In this document: piece after piece, positions 1-8,741 of the stretch
How positions within the stretch are numbered: the first letter of the stretch is position 1
Layout: each line of letters starts with the position of its first letter
Source of the DNA: Bacteriovoracia bacterium
Lineage (GTDB): Bacteria; Bdellovibrionota; UBA1018; JBFWNL01
NCBI GenBank assembly: GCA_050251055.1
Contig: JBFWNL010000001.1
Span: 697,210 to 761,209, forward strand
Length of the DNA stretch: 64,000 nucleotides
Reading direction: 5' to 3'
Program-made: the position numbers and the translations under genes
The notes under the pieces: model-generated
Told to the model about the DNA's origin: nothing
The model's input: the letters and a program-made list of their open reading frames with translations, nothing else
Database searches by the model: none

Positions 1-397
1 TCTGCGCTTGAGCGGCGATGGCGCGGCCATCGTCCTGAATGTGCTCGAGCATGTTGAAAGAAACGATGGTGTCTAGATTTTCGCTCGCAAACCGGGCGGG
101 GTCGTCCTGCAGGAGGTCGAAGCGGTCGGTGGAAATTTTCTTCTGCAGGTCGGGGGCGTGCCACGTCGCGAGGTCACGTTGGAGGATTTCTAAGAGGCTC
201 GCCTCGTACTCCGTAAGGATGAGGCGTTCGCGCACGGGCAAATGACGCGACATGTTGCCAATGCCGGCGCCCATTTCCAAAATACGCTGTCCCAAGTAGG
301 GCTGCACGGCCGAGGTCGCCCACTTTTGGTAGGCGTGGGCGCGGGAGAGGGATTGGAGCTCAAAGGGAACGGTGGCGGAGAGAGAATCGGCCGACAT
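1..397 (-). CDS. class I SAM-dependent methyltransferase (N-terminal 132 codons; 3' end runs off the left window edge)
   Basis: Not in the ORF track because it is open at the window edge. Manual reverse-complement translation from ATG (complement of 395-397) gives MSADSLSATVPFELQSLSRAHAYQKWATSAVQPYLGQRILEMGAGIGNMSRHL...SFNMLEHIQDDGRAIAAQAQ with no stop. LEMGAGIGN matches SAM-binding motif I. Confidence 0.75.
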   Translation of the reverse strand, partial: MSADSLSATVPFELQSLSRAHAYQKWATSAVQPYLGQRILEMGAGIGNMSRHLPVRERLILTEYEASLLEILQRDLATWHAPDLQKKISTDRFDLLQDDPARFASENLDTIVSFNMLEHIQDDGRAIAAQAQ

Positions 398-501
398 GGC
401 GGTGACCGTATGCGAGCGATGACGGGTTTTCAAGCGATTTAGCCTTGTCGATCCATCGTGGACCTTGTCCAAGGTCGCCAGGTCGGGTAAGGATCTCTAA
501 C

Positions 502-1266
502 GTGAGCGCCCAAAAACTGTCCATCGTCATTCCGGTCTATAACGAGGAAAAACACCTGCGCGAAGTCGTGCACTTCCTGATGGAGTCACCCTGTCCCATC
601 GAACGCGAGTGGATCTTCATCGACGACTGCTCCCGAGACGGCAGCCTGGCAATCTTGGAAGAGCTGTCCAAACAGTACAGCTTCCGCGTGATTCGCCAGA
701 ATCCCAATCAAGGCAAAGGCGCCGCGGTCATCCGGGGATTCCAGGAGGCCACCGGCGACATCATCATGATCCAGGACGCGGATTTCGAGTATGACCCCCG
801 CGACGTGCCCGCATTGCTGATCCCAATCCTCGAGAACAAAGCGGACGTGGTCTACGGCAGCCGCTTCAAGAAAAGCGCCTACCAAGTCCACCGCACCTAC
901 CACTACTTCGTGAACCGTTTTCTCACCGTGATGAGCAACCTGATGTCGGGCATCTACCTGACCGACATGGAAACCTGCTACAAGATCTTCCGCGCCGACA
1001 TCTTGAAGGCGATGAACCTGAAATCCCAGCGCTTCGGCATCGAAGTGGAGCTTACCGCTTACCTCGCGAAAGTGCGGCCAAGGATATACGAACTTCCCAT
1101 AAACTATTACCCGCGCACCCAACTACAGGGGAAGAAGATCAACTGGAAGGATGGCGTGGCGGCGCTTTGGCATCTGATGCGCTTCAATTGGTTCACCCCC
1201 GTCGATCGGGCTTATACCCGGTTGCCGGAGCATTACTTCCAACGAGCAATCAAGCAATTCACATGA
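502..1266 (+). CDS. glycosyltransferase family 2 (GT-A fold)
   Basis: ORF track 445..1266. Motifs LSIVIPVYNEE, IFIDDCSRDGS and IMIQDADFEYDP (GT2 N-terminal motif and DxD). The track start at 445 is TTG; an in-frame GTG at 502 preceded by aagga (489-493) is the more likely start. Confidence 0.85.
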   Translation: MSAQKLSIVIPVYNEEKHLREVVHFLMESPCPIEREWIFIDDCSRDGSLAILEELSKQYSFRVIRQNPNQGKGAAVIRGFQEATGDIIMIQDADFEYDPRDVPALLIPILENKADVVYGSRFKKSAYQVHRTYHYFVNRFLTVMSNLMSGIYLTDMETCYKIFRADILKAMNLKSQRFGIEVELTAYLAKVRPRIYELPINYYPRTQLQGKKINWKDGVAALWHLMRFNWFTPVDRAYTRLPEHYFQRAIKQFT

Positions 1267-2585
1267 ATGCGCCCAAGCGCCCGACGTTGGATTGGATCGT
1301 GGCGATCATCCTTGCCCTGGGAATCCTCCCCTCCTTCACAGCCGGAACTCGCGCGCTCGCCGAGCTTTCCCCCGTTTTCGGGATCGCCGGACCCTTAAAC
1401 GCAGTCAAACTCGGAATCCCGATATTGCTTTACTACGCTTGGACACGACGAAAGGAGATGCCGAAACATGCCCGCACCCTTGGAATCGCCGCCGTCTTGA
1501 TCGGCTCCGCTAGTACGCTCGTAGCGGCGATTCCTTGCGAGATGCCGACCGCTTTCCTACGAGATTGGGCCGCCACCCTCTTCGGAGGGCTGGCCGGATT
1601 CTGCCTTTGTTTACTACCCAAGCGGCCAGCGAGTTTCGTGCTCTACGCGATTGCCGCCTTGGTACTTGGCTCCGCGGCATTAGACTTGGTCTCACCATCG
1701 GCCGTGGACTGGCTGCTGCAAAATTTCTTCGATCCTAAGACGAACGCTCAATATGTTTCAGAGAGTAAGCACCGGTTGCTCGGCGGCATTTTCGGAAAAC
1801 AGTCTTTGGCCAAGCTGCTCGCTTGGGTACCTGCGCTGGTCGCCCTCGCCTGGGTCCGTACGCGCGCGGTCCGTACCTTTCCGCCCGGACCCGCATCCGC
1901 GATACTAGCACTTTCGTTCGCCTGTATATCGCTCAGTTTAGCGACCACTCAACGCGGGCCGTTTGTGGCGGGCATCGCAGGCCTTGCCATCGCTATTGTT
2001 CATTACCTACGCCATCACCGTGTGCCGAGCCTGAGCCGTAAGCGGTTATGGGCCGCCTTCGCGGGAGGCCTTGCCATCTGCGTCGCTGCTGCGTTCCTGA
2101 TCTTACCGACCGACATCCTTTCGGTACGCCTGAAGTCCCTCCTCTGGCTAAACCAGGGTGTGGAACCCAGCTCCCTGGGTTACACCGCCGACGGGAACCG
2201 AGACATGCGGATCCGCGCTACACTCTTTTCACTCGATAAGATTCGACAAAACCCGCTGGGCGACGCCTGTATTCCCTGGAACGACTTCAATGTGTATGCT
2301 CTCGAGTTTAGCCACGCCCACAGCTTGATCCTCGAGCAACTTCGCTCGCGCGGTTGGATCTGGGGAATCCTACATCTTCTCCTCTGGGTCCTCGCTTGGC
2401 TGCGGGCTTGGCGCGATCCAACCCTGGAGGCGACATTGATCCTTGCCGCCGTCACCACGACCTGGGTGTTAGGCCTCTTTGACCACCCCTGGTGGGTCAT
2501 CAATCAGGCGATGGTGCTGAGCTTCATCCTCTTCAGCGGCCTGGCCTGCGGAAAGCCGACCCCAGAGCCACGCAACCAGTCATAG
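1263..2585 (+). CDS. O-antigen ligase/polymerase family (Wzy_C-type) polytopic membrane protein
   Basis: ORF track 1167..2585. Likely start is ATG 1263 (MNAPKRPTLDWIVAIIL), overlapping the upstream TGA (ATGA). Many hydrophobic segments. FSHAHSLILEQLRSRGWIWG resembles the H..H..E..G..G loop typical of Wzy_C/WaaL/PglL proteins. Confidence 0.7.
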   Translation: MNAPKRPTLDWIVAIILALGILPSFTAGTRALAELSPVFGIAGPLNAVKLGIPILLYYAWTRRKEMPKHARTLGIAAVLIGSASTLVAAIPCEMPTAFLRDWAATLFGGLAGFCLCLLPKRPASFVLYAIAALVLGSAALDLVSPSAVDWLLQNFFDPKTNAQYVSESKHRLLGGIFGKQSLAKLLAWVPALVALAWVRTRAVRTFPPGPASAILALSFACISLSLATTQRGPFVAGIAGLAIAIVHYLRHHRVPSLSRKRLWAAFAGGLAICVAAAFLILPTDILSVRLKSLLWLNQGVEPSSLGYTADGNRDMRIRATLFSLDKIRQNPLGDACIPWNDFNVYALEFSHAHSLILEQLRSRGWIWGILHLLLWVLAWLRAWRDPTLEATLILAAVTTTWVLGLFDHPWWVINQAMVLSFILFSGLACGKPTPEPRNQS

Positions 2586-2654
2586 CGCCCTTCGGTTCGC
2601 ATCCGCTGCCTAAATTCCCTTGCCGTTCGGTCCCGAGCAGTTTATTCAAGCCCA

Positions 2655-3668
2655 ATGTCCAACACTAAACGCGCATTAATTACCGGAATTACTGGGCAAG
2701 ATGGCTCATACCTGACTGAACTACTCTTAGAAAAGGGGTACGAAGTTCACGGTCTCATCCGCCGCTCGAGCTCTTTTAATACGGGTCGTATCGACCACCT
2801 TTACCAAGATCCCCACATCCACGGTACCCGGCTCTTCCTCCATTACGGCGACCTTTCCGATTCCACCGGATTGAACCGCGTACTCCGGAAAATCAAACCG
2901 AACGAGATCTACAATCTCGGCGCCCAAAGCCATGTGAAAGTCAGCTTCGACGTTCCGGAATACACCGCCGACATCACTGGTACCGGTACGATCCGCCTGC
3001 TCGACGCGATCCTCGATACCGGCATCGACACCAAGTTCTACCAAGCCTCTAGCTCCGAAATGTTCGGCAAAGTGATGGAAGTCCCCCAGAAGGAAACCAC
3101 GCCCTTTTATCCGCGCAGTCCATACGGTTGTGCGAAGGTTTACTCTTATTGGATCACGGTGAACTACCGGGAAGCCTACAATATCCACGCTTCGAATGGG
3201 ATTCTGTTCAACCACGAGTCCCCGCGCCGCGGACAAACCTTCGTCACCCGTAAGATCACGCGCGCCTTGGGCGAGATTCTCGCGGGACGCCAAAAGGACC
3301 TCTACCTCGGCAATCTCGATGCCAAGCGCGACTGGGGTCACGCCAAGGACTACGTCGAAGCCATGTGGCTCATGCTCCAGGCTCCGCAGGGTGACGACTA
3401 CGTGGTCGCCACCGGCGAAACGCATTCCGTCCGCGAATTCCTGGAGCTTGCCTTCGGATTCGTAGGGCTGGATTGGAACAAGCACGTGAAAATCGATCCG
3501 AAGTATTTCCGCCCGACCGAAGTGGATCTCCTCATCGGAGACGCGACGAAAGCCAAGCAGAAGCTCGGCTGGAAACCGAAGATCTCCTTCCCCGAACTCG
3601 TGAAAGTGATGGTCGCCGAGGACGTTCGTAAAGCCGGGCTGGATCCACTCAAATACATGGTAAAATAG
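2655..3668 (+). CDS. gmd: GDP-mannose 4,6-dehydratase
   Basis: [62 protein letters not shown] (YxxxK) and NHESPRRG are classic Gmd signatures. Length 337 aa. Confidence 0.95.
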   Translation: MSNTKRALITGITGQDGSYLTELLLEKGYEVHGLIRRSSSFNTGRIDHLYQDPHIHGTRLFLHYGDLSDSTGLNRVLRKIKPNEIYNLGAQSHVKVSFDVPEYTADITGTGTIRLLDAILDTGIDTKFYQASSSEMFGKVMEVPQKETTPFYPRSPYGCAKVYSYWITVNYREAYNIHASNGILFNHESPRRGQTFVTRKITRALGEILAGRQKDLYLGNLDAKRDWGHAKDYVEAMWLMLQAPQGDDYVVATGETHSVREFLELAFGFVGLDWNKHVKIDPKYFRPTEVDLLIGDATKAKQKLGWKPKISFPELVKVMVAEDVRKAGLDPLKYMVK

Positions 3669-3674
3669 CGGCTC

Positions 3675-5108
3675 ATGCTCAAGAACCGCGCCGAGCAAAT
3701 CCATGTCCTGGTTCGCTCCATGGATGTCGTCCTTTGCGCGGCCGCTTTCGTCACCGCTTACTATTTGCGCGATGCCCGGATCTTCGACTTGGGGTTGGGT
3801 ACGCTTCCCGCTATCGAATCACTCACGTGGATGCTCGGGGCAAGCGTAGTCATCCATTTCATCCTTTACCCCGCTTTTGGGTTTTACCAATCGCTAAGGC
3901 TCAAGCGTATTTCCGATATCATCTTGATGGTGATGAAAGCGGCGCTCGCGGAAGTCGCGATTCTAGGGAGCCTCATTTTTATACTGCAGGCCAAGACCAC
4001 GTCGCGTTACTTTTTTGTGCTTTTTCTTGGACTCAACTATGCATTCATCCTAGTTGAACGCCTCTCCGCGCGCATCGCGCTCTCCTCGGTGCGCCGGCGC
4101 GGATACAACTATAGACGCGTGTTGATTGCCGGTACGGGTGTAAACGCCCGCCGCGTGATTGAGAGTCTGCATCGTAATCGGCACTGGGGTTATTTACCAA
4201 GCGGTCTACTACGTGAGCAAAGCTCACCGCTTCCGGAAGGACCGGGCTCTCTCGATGGCGTTCCGGTGGTAGGCACGGTCGCCGACTTGGAAAAACTCAT
4301 CCATGAAATCGCCGTAGACGAAGTATACTTTGCGCTCGACCGTATCGACTCCGACGAAGTGAGCCGACAGGTTACCCTCTGTGAAACGCTCGGCATCCCG
4401 GCCCGCTTCTCGCTTGCGCTTTTTGATCTTCCCGCCTCGAAAGTCACGTTTTCCACGCTGGATCACTTACCCATCGTGACTTTCTACCGTAACCTAATGA
4501 CCCCGTTCGAAGCGCTCATTAAGCGCTCCACAGATATCTTCATCTCGATCATTGGCCTCCTCATCACTGGCGCCGTCCTACCCTGGATCGCCTGGCGCAT
4601 CCGTCGCGAAAGCCCGGGATCGGTCATCTTCAAGCAGGTCCGGGTCGGCGAAAACGGCCGGCGATTCAAATGCTACAAATTCCGCACGATGTATTTGGAC
4701 GCCGAAGCACGCAAGCACGAACTCGCAGGGAAGAACCAAATGCAGGGTCCGATCTTTAAGATCGACAACGATCCGCGCATCACCCCGTTTGGGGCCTTTC
4801 TGCGTCGAACCTCGCTTGATGAGCTTCCTCAGTTCTTCAATATCCTGCGCGGGGATATGAGCGTGGTCGGCACGCGTCCGCCGACGCCCGATGAAGTAAG
4901 CCGCTATGAAACACACTTCCGCCGGCGCCTCAGTATCCGGCCAGGCCTTACCGGACTTTGGCAGGTCAGCGGAAGGAATCAAATCACGCGTTTTGAAGAT
5001 ATCTTAGCCTTGGATCTTCAGTATATCGATCGCTGGTCTATTTGGCTCGATTTTCAGATCATCGCGCGCACGATTTGGGTGACCCTCTTCGGTCGGGGAG
5101 CCTACTGA
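3675..5108 (+). CDS. polyprenyl-phosphate hexose-1-phosphate transferase (WbaP/WcaJ-type initiating sugar transferase)
   Basis: N-terminal TM segments followed by a Rossmann-like central region. The C-terminal bacterial sugar-transferase domain reads FKQVRVGENGRRFKCYKFRTM...DPRITPFGAFLRRTSLDELPQFFNILRGDMSVVGTRPP. Confidence 0.9.
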   Translation: MLKNRAEQIHVLVRSMDVVLCAAAFVTAYYLRDARIFDLGLGTLPAIESLTWMLGASVVIHFILYPAFGFYQSLRLKRISDIILMVMKAALAEVAILGSLIFILQAKTTSRYFFVLFLGLNYAFILVERLSARIALSSVRRRGYNYRRVLIAGTGVNARRVIESLHRNRHWGYLPSGLLREQSSPLPEGPGSLDGVPVVGTVADLEKLIHEIAVDEVYFALDRIDSDEVSRQVTLCETLGIPARFSLALFDLPASKVTFSTLDHLPIVTFYRNLMTPFEALIKRSTDIFISIIGLLITGAVLPWIAWRIRRESPGSVIFKQVRVGENGRRFKCYKFRTMYLDAEARKHELAGKNQMQGPIFKIDNDPRITPFGAFLRRTSLDELPQFFNILRGDMSVVGTRPPTPDEVSRYETHFRRRLSIRPGLTGLWQVSGRNQITRFEDILALDLQYIDRWSIWLDFQIIARTIWVTLFGRGAY

Positions 5109-5885
5109 ATGGGTGCCGAGACCATGGCCAACCATACGCGGGTGATCGGCGTACGGATCTCGCGCCGCAGCCTTAGCGAAACCCTAGAAGCCGTACTTCG
5201 CCGCGTTTCGGAAAAACGGGGTGGCTTTGCCTGCTTCGTGAACGTACATTTAGCAACAGAGTACCAAAGCAATCCCGCTCTCCGTTCAGCCCTCGATGAA
5301 GCGTGGTTGAATGCGGCCGACGGCGTACCCCTGAAATGGGTGTCGCGGCTCAAGGGGCAAGCCGTACGCAGTCGTGTCTGCGGTCCCGACTTTTTCCGTC
5401 TCTTTTTAGAGACTCAAAACGACTACGAAATGGCTTTTTTGGGCTCGACGCCGTCCGTGTTAAAGGCACTCGCGAGTCACTTCGGATTGTCTCACGTCCC
5501 TGCCTACAGTCCCCCAATCCGGGGCTTCTCGGTAGCCAACGCCAAAGAAGACTGGGAAGCATTGCTGGATCGATGCCCCGGCCGCCGCCCGCCCGCCGTG
5601 GTGTGGGTCGGCCTGGGCGCACCAAAGCAGGAACTCTGGATGCAGGCGGTGTCCCGTATCGCTCCCCAGACTCTTTTCTTCGGGGTCGGAGCCGCCTTTG
5701 ACTTCTTGTCCGGCAACAAACCACGCGCCCCGAAGTGGATGCAACGAGCCGGGCTGGAATGGCTCCATCGGCTGGGTAGCGAGCCCGGTCGCCTGTGGAG
5801 GCGCTACCTCACGACGAATACACGCTTTGTTTGGCTAGCGACCCGCGATATTCTGGGGTCATGGCCACCCGGCCGATCAGGATGA
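5109..5885 (+). CDS. WecB/TagA/CpsF family glycosyltransferase (GT26)
   Basis: VNVHLA...AADGVPLKWVSRL...GLGAPKQELWM...GVGAAFDFLSGNKPRAPKWMQRAGLEWLHRL..EPGRLWRRYL. The start immediately follows the upstream stop (TGAATG). Confidence 0.88.
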   Translation: MGAETMANHTRVIGVRISRRSLSETLEAVLRRVSEKRGGFACFVNVHLATEYQSNPALRSALDEAWLNAADGVPLKWVSRLKGQAVRSRVCGPDFFRLFLETQNDYEMAFLGSTPSVLKALASHFGLSHVPAYSPPIRGFSVANAKEDWEALLDRCPGRRPPAVVWVGLGAPKQELWMQAVSRIAPQTLFFGVGAAFDFLSGNKPRAPKWMQRAGLEWLHRLGSEPGRLWRRYLTTNTRFVWLATRDILGSWPPGRSG

Positions 5886-7078
5886 AGGTACTCGTCGCCC
5901 ACAACTCCTACCAAGTACCCGGCGGGGAAGATATTGCCGTCGAAAACGACCTCACGCTTTTGCGCTCCCAAGGTCATGAAGTGGATGCGTACTTTGTTTC
6001 GAATCTGTCGATCGGAACTCCCGGTAACAGCTCGGCAAGGGTCGCGCGGGAACTCACGCACTCCGCGCGGCAATACGCCCTAATTGTCGATCGTCTCGCG
6101 CAGTTTCGGCCCGATGTCGTCCATGTCCACAACACTTTTCCATTGATCACGCCTGCGATCTACCTAGCTTGCGCCGACGCGGGGATACCCGTTGTGCAAA
6201 CCCTGCACAACTATCGTCCGCTCTGCGCAAATGCACTCCTGCTACGTGATGGAAAACCCTGCGACCTTTGCGTAACCGCTTCCCCCTATATAGGAAGCTG
6301 GTTCGGCTGCTACCGAGGCTCGCGCTTAGCAACGCTTCCCGTCTCGCACCTGATTGCCCAGCAACGCCGCACGGACGGCTGGCGCCACATAAGGCGCTTC
6401 ATCGCTCCATCTACGTTCGTGAAGCAAAAATTCATCGCCGGGGGATTCCCTGCCCATAAGATTACCGTAAAGCCGCATTACGTTCCCGATCCGTTTCCCA
6501 ACTGGAGCTCGAGGCCAGACCCAGACTCTGCGGGACCGTCTTTCGTTTACGTAGGGCGGTTGAGCGCGGAGAAAGGCGTGACCCATTTGCTCGGTGCTTG
6601 GCGTGAACTTCCTCGGAATTTCCGTCTGAAAATGCTCGTTCGCCGACCCGCGAACCCGTCCGGTGAATTTACCGAATTCCTACGGGAGATCGAAGCGGCG
6701 CGCGGCGCGGGACTCGCCATTGAACTCGTCGAATCGGCGGATCGCACCGAACTCTTCCGGCAGATTCACGCGGCCGATTTTTCAATTCACCCGTCTCTTT
6801 GTTACGAAACATTTGGGCTGAGCGTGGCAGAATCTTTCGCTTCCGGCACGCCGACGATTGTTACCCGTCACGGCGCCTTGGCCGAGCTCGTGGCGGAGAA
6901 TCAAACGGGTTTCTTGGTGCCGCCCCACGATGCTCCCACCTTGGCAAAGACGCTGCAACGGGCGGCCCAGGCGGACCGGGCAAAAATGTCGGCGGAGTCG
7001 CGCGCGTACTTCGAGGCGCATTTCACGCCAAAGCACCAGATCCAGGCCTTACTGGAGATTTATCGTGCCCCCCTCTAA
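5882..7078 (+). CDS. glycosyltransferase family 4 (GT-B)
   Basis: ORF track 5795..7078. Likely start is ATG 5882 (MKVLVAHNSYQVPGGED), overlapping the upstream TGA. FVYVGRLSAEKG and the E-x7-E region CYETFGLSVAESFASGTP are present. Confidence 0.85.
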   Translation: MKVLVAHNSYQVPGGEDIAVENDLTLLRSQGHEVDAYFVSNLSIGTPGNSSARVARELTHSARQYALIVDRLAQFRPDVVHVHNTFPLITPAIYLACADAGIPVVQTLHNYRPLCANALLLRDGKPCDLCVTASPYIGSWFGCYRGSRLATLPVSHLIAQQRRTDGWRHIRRFIAPSTFVKQKFIAGGFPAHKITVKPHYVPDPFPNWSSRPDPDSAGPSFVYVGRLSAEKGVTHLLGAWRELPRNFRLKMLVRRPANPSGEFTEFLREIEAARGAGLAIELVESADRTELFRQIHAADFSIHPSLCYETFGLSVAESFASGTPTIVTRHGALAELVAENQTGFLVPPHDAPTLAKTLQRAAQADRAKMSAESRAYFEAHFTPKHQIQALLEIYRAPL

Positions 7079-8718
7079 CGGGGAGTTACCCGCCAGATCG
7101 ACCAAAGACCCCATTCCTCTTTCGTCAAATAGGCGGAAAGGTATGGTGTACAGGGACGGGGACTATCCCAACAACGCTCGCCCTCCTGGGGAATTTGCAC
7201 CAACAAGCCACTCGCGGTAGGCGCGGTCATCAAGGCGGGCGTCTCAAGTCTGGGATGGTTTTGGAATAAATCGGAGACATTTAGGTTCCGGGCGTTGTAC
7301 CCGACTAGGCCGACAAAGCAGGTGGCCGGTAGCGCGAGCGCCCAACGAAGACGGACTAGGTAAACGAGGGGCTCGCGTACCCAGAACGCCCAGCCCCAGA
7401 TGAAGACAAGAACACCCATCAAAACGAGCGGAGCTAGTCCAAACCGGACATCCGGGCCCTTCAGGAACCAAAAACCCAACCCGAAAACATTCGCTGCCAA
7501 CCCCCTGCCCAGTGCGCGGCTATCTAATCCACGGCTAGAACGCCTAAAAAACCGGGCGGCGCTGGCGAGCGCGAGGCCCGCGGCCAGATAGGCCGCTACC
7601 GCCCAGATGAGACGCTGTTCAAGAAATGTTCGCCACCACTTCGGCAGCCAGCCCCACCCGACCAACGCGTCGGAAATCGGCGCTCCTGGCGCCTTGGCCC
7701 AGGCTTCAATCACCCTCTGCATTTCGCTGACAGCATCGATGGGTACGCTCCATGAAAACGAGCTGATACAGCTCGCCGGGAGCGGATAGACAGCACAGCC
7801 CGATTGCAGAAAGCCTCGCAAACACCAAAATACCCCCGCGGCGATTAAGATCAGTAACCACTTCCGATGAGTGAGGGTGTCCCGAAGAGCTCCCGCGATC
7901 AGGGGGAAGAGGACGATCGGTAGCGCCGAGACCTTCACGAAAATCGCCAAAACGGCTAAACGAAGGCTGGCGAGTGCCAAACCTGGCCCACCGCTCTCCA
8001 GCGCACGTAACGCTTGGAGTACACAGTAAAAGGATGTCGCCACCGCGGGAAAATCATTCGATGGCCCTGCCAGTAGGCCGATCATCAATCCTCGGCTGAG
8101 GGAAAGCATCAGTAAAATAGAAAACGCATAAAGGCGAGAAACACCACGATGGGGATCGTTCCGCCCCCCCACTACACCTTCGAGCAAGCCTACCACCAAA
8201 CAAAACGCAATCAGCGCATTCGCGGAGAATACTGGGGCTAGTCCCAATCCAGGGAGACCAAGCGACGCCGCCCAGGGAAACCAAAGGGAGTTAAAACCGA
8301 AGCGCCCGTGCAAGTTAGCCAATCCCCAGGCAACGGGGCCGTCGCCGCTCCAAAGAACCGCCTGTAGATGGTACAACCCAGTGTCGTAAGAAACCGGCGA
8401 AGCGACCACCGACAACGACAAGGCGACAGCGATCAAAAGTCCAACGACGTAAGTGGCCAATCGGTTCGCGCCGATCCGGGTCCAAGCCCGATAGCGCACG
8501 CAAAAAAGCCATCCCGCGATGAGCATGATCATGCAGTAGAGCGGAGAAATCGCGGCGAAAAAATTCCAAACCGTGGCTGCAATAACTAATCCGAATATGC
8601 CGTCGAAAGCCGGACGAGCAACGCCGTCCCCCGCCAGAGTACCGGGTGCGCGCATTCGTCGCTCAAGCCAGATCCCCCAACCTACGAGGGCGGGAAACCA
8701 GGCCAGTAGAGTGATCAA
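7075..8718 (-). CDS. uncharacterised ~550-aa polytopic membrane protein, paralogue of 39304..40959 (candidate polymerase/GT-C-like)
   Basis: 547-aa ORF with many hydrophobic segments. It shares SYDTGLYHL, GC.VYP....C....WS, EM..I.AWA..P, W.WLP.WW and a C-terminal CW..P.PCTPY with the ORF at 39304..40959. Confidence 0.7.
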   Translation of the reverse strand: MITLLAWFPALVGWGIWLERRMRAPGTLAGDGVARPAFDGIFGLVIAATVWNFFAAISPLYCMIMLIAGWLFCVRYRAWTRIGANRLATYVVGLLIAVALSLSVVASPVSYDTGLYHLQAVLWSGDGPVAWGLANLHGRFGFNSLWFPWAASLGLPGLGLAPVFSANALIAFCLVVGLLEGVVGGRNDPHRGVSRLYAFSILLMLSLSRGLMIGLLAGPSNDFPAVATSFYCVLQALRALESGGPGLALASLRLAVLAIFVKVSALPIVLFPLIAGALRDTLTHRKWLLILIAAGVFWCLRGFLQSGCAVYPLPASCISSFSWSVPIDAVSEMQRVIEAWAKAPGAPISDALVGWGWLPKWWRTFLEQRLIWAVAAYLAAGLALASAARFFRRSSRGLDSRALGRGLAANVFGLGFWFLKGPDVRFGLAPLVLMGVLVFIWGWAFWVREPLVYLVRLRWALALPATCFVGLVGYNARNLNVSDLFQNHPRLETPALMTAPTASGLLVQIPQEGERCWDSPRPCTPYLSAYLTKEEWGLWSIWRVTPR

Positions 8719-8741
8719 GACGCTGAAGATAAGGCCCCCTC

